Shown here: positions 59,395 to 64,000 of the stretch, in pieces | Position numbering within the stretch: position 1 is the first letter of the stretch | How the letters are laid out: each line of letters begins with the position of its first letter | Sequence record: PZ445439.1 | Source: a phage | Direction: 5' to 3' (one strand) | Length of the DNA: 64,000 bases | Position numbers and translations under genes: made by a program | Notes under the pieces: generated by a model | Database searches by the model: none | The model's input: only the letters and a program-made list of their open reading frames with translations | What the model was told of the DNA's origin: nothing

Positions 59395-60811
59395 ATTCAT
59401 TTGCCAAAGCATCTAACTGAGCTCGAGTGGATTCATTTCTTTGATAGCGATTCTGCTCAGCCTGAATCTGTTGTGAACCTGCTACTTCACTCACTTCAGT
59501 TGGAGTAGAATCTTGTTCAATTTCTACCCATTTTTGATTTCCTTTTTGAACACCCATCAAAAACTTATTCCACTTATTCTTATCACCATATCGTGATTTG
59601 ATTTGCTTAATGAGTTGTTGTTCAGCAGCTGCTAGCTCCTCGGTTTCAATGACCGCAAGCATAAAATCAGCTGTTGCTGGAAGACCAGCAGATTCTGCAA
59701 TATCGCTCATGTTAACATCGGAAGAGTCCCAAGCTTGTTTACCAACCTGTGCTGCAGTCCAAAGAACAGTTTCGGTTTCAACAGCCAGAGCACGCAATTC
59801 CTCTGCGATAGCTTTAACAGTTGTGTAACTATTTTCTGAATAAACTCTAATGCGGCAAGATTTACAAATACCTAGATAGTCGACAATAATGATTGTTGGA
59901 ACAAAATTCTTCTTGAGCTTTAATTCATTTAAAAGTGATCGAAATGTATTAGCGTCTGCTCCACCAGTAGGATATTGCTTAACGATTAAACGACCAAGGG
60001 TAGATTTCTCACGCCATTTTTCCATTTTTCCTTTATACTCAGCGTAAGAAATATGCCCATCATCAATGTCATCAAGAGAAACATCGAGCATGTTAGCATC
60101 AATACGTTTAGCACAGACTTCTTCTGCCATTTCCATGGAGATATAAAGAACGTTATGACCAAGCTGCAAATAATCTGCTGCCAATGAACACAGACCTAAT
60201 GACTTACCAACGTTAACGCCAGCCATTAAAACGTTCAGTGTTCCAGTCTCAGCTCCACCTTTCGTAATTTTGTTTAGAATTCTGAGTTTAAATGGAACCT
60301 TACGAGCTTTATTCATATAAGATAGCCAACGCGCTTCATAGTCATCCATCCAATCATGACCAACGTAGCTATCAAATGAAATTGATAATGCTTGGCGCAT
60401 GATGTCAGGAATAGCACCTACATCTGGCATTTTCTTATTTCGTTTTTCCGGAGGAAGCTCAGCATTAGTTTGAATTTCGATTATTTTAGACGTAGCATTA
60501 AACATCGCCCTTTGCTGAACATATTTTTCTGTTTCTTTTACTAACCAGCTGTGGTCTTCTGGAGAATCAGCCAGTTTTGAAATAAGTGTTTTTACACCAG
60601 AATATTCTGTTTCAGTAAATGAACTATTTTCTAATGCAACATTTAACGCATTAATAGATGGAACGCTATGATACTCATTAACATGAGATTTAATTAATTT
60701 GAATGTATTTTTAGCTGGACCACTTTCAAAATATTCTGAATCCATATATGGCCAAACTTTTGAAAAATAAGCTTGATCAAATATGAGATGAGAAAGAATA
60801 ATTTCTACCAC
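59384..60811 (-). CDS. 41: replicative DNA helicase gp41 (DnaB family)
   Basis: 475 aa, Walker A GVNVGKS. Confidence 0.95.
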   Translation of the reverse strand: MVEIILSHLIFDQAYFSKVWPYMDSEYFESGPAKNTFKLIKSHVNEYHSVPSINALNVALENSSFTETEYSGVKTLISKLADSPEDHSWLVKETEKYVQQRAMFNATSKIIEIQTNAELPPEKRNKKMPDVGAIPDIMRQALSISFDSYVGHDWMDDYEARWLSYMNKARKVPFKLRILNKITKGGAETGTLNVLMAGVNVGKSLGLCSLAADYLQLGHNVLYISMEMAEEVCAKRIDANMLDVSLDDIDDGHISYAEYKGKMEKWREKSTLGRLIVKQYPTGGADANTFRSLLNELKLKKNFVPTIIIVDYLGICKSCRIRVYSENSYTTVKAIAEELRALAVETETVLWTAAQVGKQAWDSSDVNMSDIAESAGLPATADFMLAVIETEELAAAEQQLIKQIKSRYGDKNKWNKFLMGVQKGNQKWVEIEQDSTPTEVSEVAGSQQIQAEQNRYQRNESTRAQLDALANELKF

Positions 60812-60820
60812 ACTTACTCC

Positions 60821-61177
60821 TTAAAAGAATTTAAATTTTTTCTTTGACCTTTTATTAAATGCATCTTGCAGTTGCATTGTAATACATTTTTCTACATGAG
60901 GAGCTAACTCAGCTTTTCTTTCTTGGTCAAGAACAGCAAAGTCCATTACGACTTTTCCATCAACCCAATCTAATTTTGTCACATACACAATGTGTGTAGA
61001 ACCATCTTCTAGTTTAATGACAATCTCCTGGATAACATTTTCCATGGCAGATTTAATTATCTTAAGAGATTCATTAAAAAGACGTTCTTTTCTTTCTTCT
61101 TCCCCCTCCGAAGAGGGGGATTCATCGATAATTTCTAAATCTAAATCATCTTTACTCATTAAATTCTTCCATATCAC
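60821..61177 (-). CDS. 40: gp40 head assembly protein (true start may be a few codons in; track ORF overlaps uvsX stop)
   Basis: size and position between uvsX and 41 as in T4. Confidence 0.6.
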   Translation of the reverse strand: MIWKNLMSKDDLDLEIIDESPSSEGEEERKERLFNESLKIIKSAMENVIQEIVIKLEDGSTHIVYVTKLDWVDGKVVMDFAVLDQERKAELAPHVEKCITMQLQDAFNKRSKKKFKFF

Positions 61178-62333
61178 TTAACTGCTCGAGGTCAGTTTCT
61201 AAATCAGCAGCTGATTTACTTTTACTTTCTGGAGATTTAAATTTTTCAACCTTTGAGTTAATCAATTCATCAACTTCAGCTTCAACAATTTCATTACTAT
61301 CAATAGCACCTAACTGATAAGCACGTTTAATAGCATCTCGGAATGGTTGATGCTTAAATAAAGGACCCCAGAATGTAGTGCAGTTGGTATCTTTTGCACG
61401 CCAAGATTTTTCTTCGCGAATCATCTCGCCGGTTTCTTCATCAAGAAATTCACGAGCATACCAGCCATTTTTAGGTTTTACCACGAATCCTAATTCTAAA
61501 GCCATATCTAACAATCCAGAATAAGGATCGATACCACCGTCAAATTTAACATCAATAAAGAATTTACTTTTTTCTTTAACGGTACGAGATTTTTCTACAT
61601 TTAGAACAAATTGATACCCCTGAAGATCAGAACCATCTTTAATCTGACGCTTACCGATAATGAATACAGTATCAGCCGAATACATTACGCCTGTACCACC
61701 TGTCATCACGGTTTTACTAAACATTTCAATTGTTTCAATTGTATGGTTAACCGCAACACATGGAATATTTTTAATGCTAAAGTAAGGAGTAACAATACGG
61801 AATAATGACTTCAGTGATTTAGCACGAGTCATATCTGCCACAGATTTTTCATTCAAGGCATCTTCAGTTTCTTTCTTAGAAGCCATATTACCGATTGAGT
61901 CGATGAATACAATAACTTTTTCACCACGCTCAATATCTTCAAGCTGATTCACCATATCAATTTTCAGCTGTTCAACTGACTGGATTGGCGTATGAATTAC
62001 TCGTTCCGGGTCAACTCCCATGGATCGCAAATAAGCTGGAGTAATACCAAATTCGCTATCATAGAATAGACAAACCGCGTCAGGATATTTGTTCAAATAC
62101 GCCGCAACCATAGTCAAAGACATATTTGATTTAAAGTGTTTAGAAGGCCCTGCGAAAATAGTTAAACCAGACTGCATACCACCATCAATCGCACCAGAAA
62201 TAGCAATATTAAGCATTGGGATTTTTGTACGGATTACATCCTTTTCATTAAAGAATTTAGATGTAGTCAGTTCAGCAGTCATTTTAGAAGTGGAAGCTTT
62301 AATCAAACGGGATTTTAAATCTGCAATAGACAT
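61152..62333 (-). CDS. uvsX: UvsX recombinase (RecA-like)
   Basis: 393 aa, RecA-fold Walker A region, acidic C-terminus. Confidence 0.95.
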   Translation of the reverse strand: MSIADLKSRLIKASTSKMTAELTTSKFFNEKDVIRTKIPMLNIAISGAIDGGMQSGLTIFAGPSKHFKSNMSLTMVAAYLNKYPDAVCLFYDSEFGITPAYLRSMGVDPERVIHTPIQSVEQLKIDMVNQLEDIERGEKVIVFIDSIGNMASKKETEDALNEKSVADMTRAKSLKSLFRIVTPYFSIKNIPCVAVNHTIETIEMFSKTVMTGGTGVMYSADTVFIIGKRQIKDGSDLQGYQFVLNVEKSRTVKEKSKFFIDVKFDGGIDPYSGLLDMALELGFVVKPKNGWYAREFLDEETGEMIREEKSWRAKDTNCTTFWGPLFKHQPFRDAIKRAYQLGAIDSNEIVEAEVDELINSKVEKFKSPESKSKSAADLETDLEQLSDMEEFNE

Positions 62334-62410
62334 TCATTTTTTCCATAGGCATCATTATATTTTCCTCACTGGTTAAAGATAGAGTAATTATAACACAATA
62401 AATTTAGGCA

Positions 62411-63259
62411 TTAATCAACTGCTATTGGATGAATAGCATTAAACTTATGAAATGCTTCTGATTTTTCTTTGCGCGAAACACACATGCGAAGAACCTTTAA
62501 TGGCTCGTCTTCTTCACCCAACGATTTTCGTTTTTCAATATTAGAAGTTTTCCAACGAGCTTGCTCTGGAAACTCTCTATTGATTTGCTCAAGCGCTCTA
62601 TTATGTTTAGAATTACTACGAATTGAACTGCACCCGCCAGGAGCTTGTGCTTTTCCAGATACAACCAGATATTTGAACAAGGCCAAATGCGGATAACCTT
62701 GATTAATTAAATTGAGAAATGCATACATATCTTCACATAAATCAATTTTTCCATACCCAATTTGTTCTGTCGTAAGTTTTCCGAGGTCATACCATGTATT
62801 CGTGAATCCATATGAATTTTCACGATAATTACCCCAAGATGAAGTAATTTTAAAAATAGGTAGACGAGCATGGCCATGATAATACCCGCAATCCATAGCA
62901 TCTTCAACGTATTGAATCAATTCGTAGAATTGTTCACGGGTTAATTGATTGACTTTATCTACACAGCGACGATCATCTCTTTTTCGCATTGAGCTCATAC
63001 GAATCGTAGTATCATCGTCAATCATCCAGATTCGTTGACCTGCATACATATCAGTAATTGCTTTACGAGTACCGGCAATTCCGTTTACATCATCAGGAAT
63101 AGTTACAATTTTAGCTCTAGACCCATAGGCGTCATAATAAGCTTTTTCTTCATGTTCACGTACTACAATATGAGGTTCATAATCAGTCGGAAACATATCA
63201 AGGGCAGAAACTGCCCCTACGCGTTGATAGCTCGGAATTACGAATTGAATCATTTCCAC
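62411..63259 (-). CDS. putative DNA glucosyltransferase at the beta-gt locus (beta-alpha-gt-like, GT-A DxD type)
   Basis: 282 aa with IWMIDDD motif; lies between uvsX and gene 42 where T4 encodes beta-gt. Confidence 0.55.
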   Translation of the reverse strand: MEMIQFVIPSYQRVGAVSALDMFPTDYEPHIVVREHEEKAYYDAYGSRAKIVTIPDDVNGIAGTRKAITDMYAGQRIWMIDDDTTIRMSSMRKRDDRRCVDKVNQLTREQFYELIQYVEDAMDCGYYHGHARLPIFKITSSWGNYRENSYGFTNTWYDLGKLTTEQIGYGKIDLCEDMYAFLNLINQGYPHLALFKYLVVSGKAQAPGGCSSIRSNSKHNRALEQINREFPEQARWKTSNIEKRKSLGEEDEPLKVLRMCVSRKEKSEAFHKFNAIHPIAVD

Positions 63260-63990
63260 TCACCGTTATAATCTTTTTTCACAATATGAGTTTCGCCAGT
63301 ATTCCACCAATGATCAACCAAGTAAAAATGACGAGAATATACATGAAGACTTCCAACATTCCATATAATAGAACCTGCTTTATACTGACGAGTTGAATCG
63401 CCTGCATTCAAATCAGATACTAATTTATCTAATACGTATTTTTGCCATGCATAATCATTACGGAATCCGAAGACCACGTCATTTGAGCGCATGCTTACTA
63501 CTGCATTGACTTTCTTATCACGAATCAGGTATTGTACTGTATTCGTACACATGAAATCTGACATGCCATCTTTATTGTAGTCAAACTGCATGGATGGACG
63601 AGTATAAATCATGATACCACGCCGAGAATCAGGATTTTGACCGAGTTCAGCTAAACACATATCATACTGGGCATAGTTATCTTCTGACCAAATAGCCCAA
63701 CCATAATTCGAGTTAATTTCGCCTTTAGAAGATGCTACCTGCTGCCAAATCTTTGGTGTTTCACCTGGAATATCTTTAACAAACAAGCTCTTAGATTTAT
63801 ACCATTCAAGTTCACGCTGAATGTATTCATCATTAAGAGCGCCAAAAATAAACGGTTCATCTGCTACAAATGATGCGCCAATAATTTCAATAGTTTTAAC
63901 GCCAGTTTTATCAACTACGAAATCTTTTTCCTTTAATGCAGTTCCCAAATAAAAACGGATTTCTTCAACTGTCATAGAGTCATTAATCAT
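63250..63990 (-). CDS. 42: dCMP hydroxymethylase
   Basis: 246 aa, thymidylate-synthase-like fold, matches recalled T4 gp42. Confidence 0.9.
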   Translation of the reverse strand: MINDSMTVEEIRFYLGTALKEKDFVVDKTGVKTIEIIGASFVADEPFIFGALNDEYIQRELEWYKSKSLFVKDIPGETPKIWQQVASSKGEINSNYGWAIWSEDNYAQYDMCLAELGQNPDSRRGIMIYTRPSMQFDYNKDGMSDFMCTNTVQYLIRDKKVNAVVSMRSNDVVFGFRNDYAWQKYVLDKLVSDLNAGDSTRQYKAGSIIWNVGSLHVYSRHFYLVDHWWNTGETHIVKKDYNGEWK

Positions 63991-64000
63991 TTAAACCTCA

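Overview
This window reads as a contiguous segment of a T4-like (T-even, Tequatrovirus-type) myovirus genome, identified from the translated ORFs and my recollection of T4 proteins; no database search was run. Gene order is colinear with T4 from rIII/gene 31 through the cd-pseT-alc-rnlA-denA-nrdB-nrdA-td-frd-32-59-33-dsbA-rnh early block on the minus strand, the plus-strand late long-tail-fibre/lysis block (34-35-36-37-38-t), then minus-strand asiA-arn-motA-52-ac-stp-ndd-denB-rIIB-rIIA-39 ... dexA-dda-modA-modB-soc-56-61-sp-dmd-41-40-uvsX-glucosyltransferase-42. Several traits differ from T4 itself and resemble T2/T6/RB-type relatives: td is uninterrupted, nrdB carries a ~1.09 kb group I intron with a full-length 269 aa HNH endonuclease ORF, gene 39 is one uninterrupted 606 aa ORF (no gene 60 split), gp38 is a glycine-rich T2-type adhesin, and a 282 aa DxD-motif protein sits at the beta-gt locus. 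The most interesting accessory features are a free-standing GIY-YIG homing-endonuclease-like gene between genes 59 and 33, two small ORFs flanked by direct repeats of the 3' end of the neighbouring gene (an extra ORF in the dmd/sp/61.x region, and a 64 aa ORF between denB and rIIB), and the apparent absence of dam between genes 56 and 61. Regulatory motifs are T4-like: GTTTAC-N18-TAnTAT early-type promoters, TATAAATA late promoters, a MotA-box middle promoter and UUCG-tetraloop terminators. CDS coordinates follow the supplied ORF track, with starts moved by whole codons where the track began at an upstream TTG/GTG; coordinates of promoters, terminators, repeats and ORFs below the track cutoff were read by eye and may be off by 1-2 nt. 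No tRNA genes or CRISPR arrays were seen.
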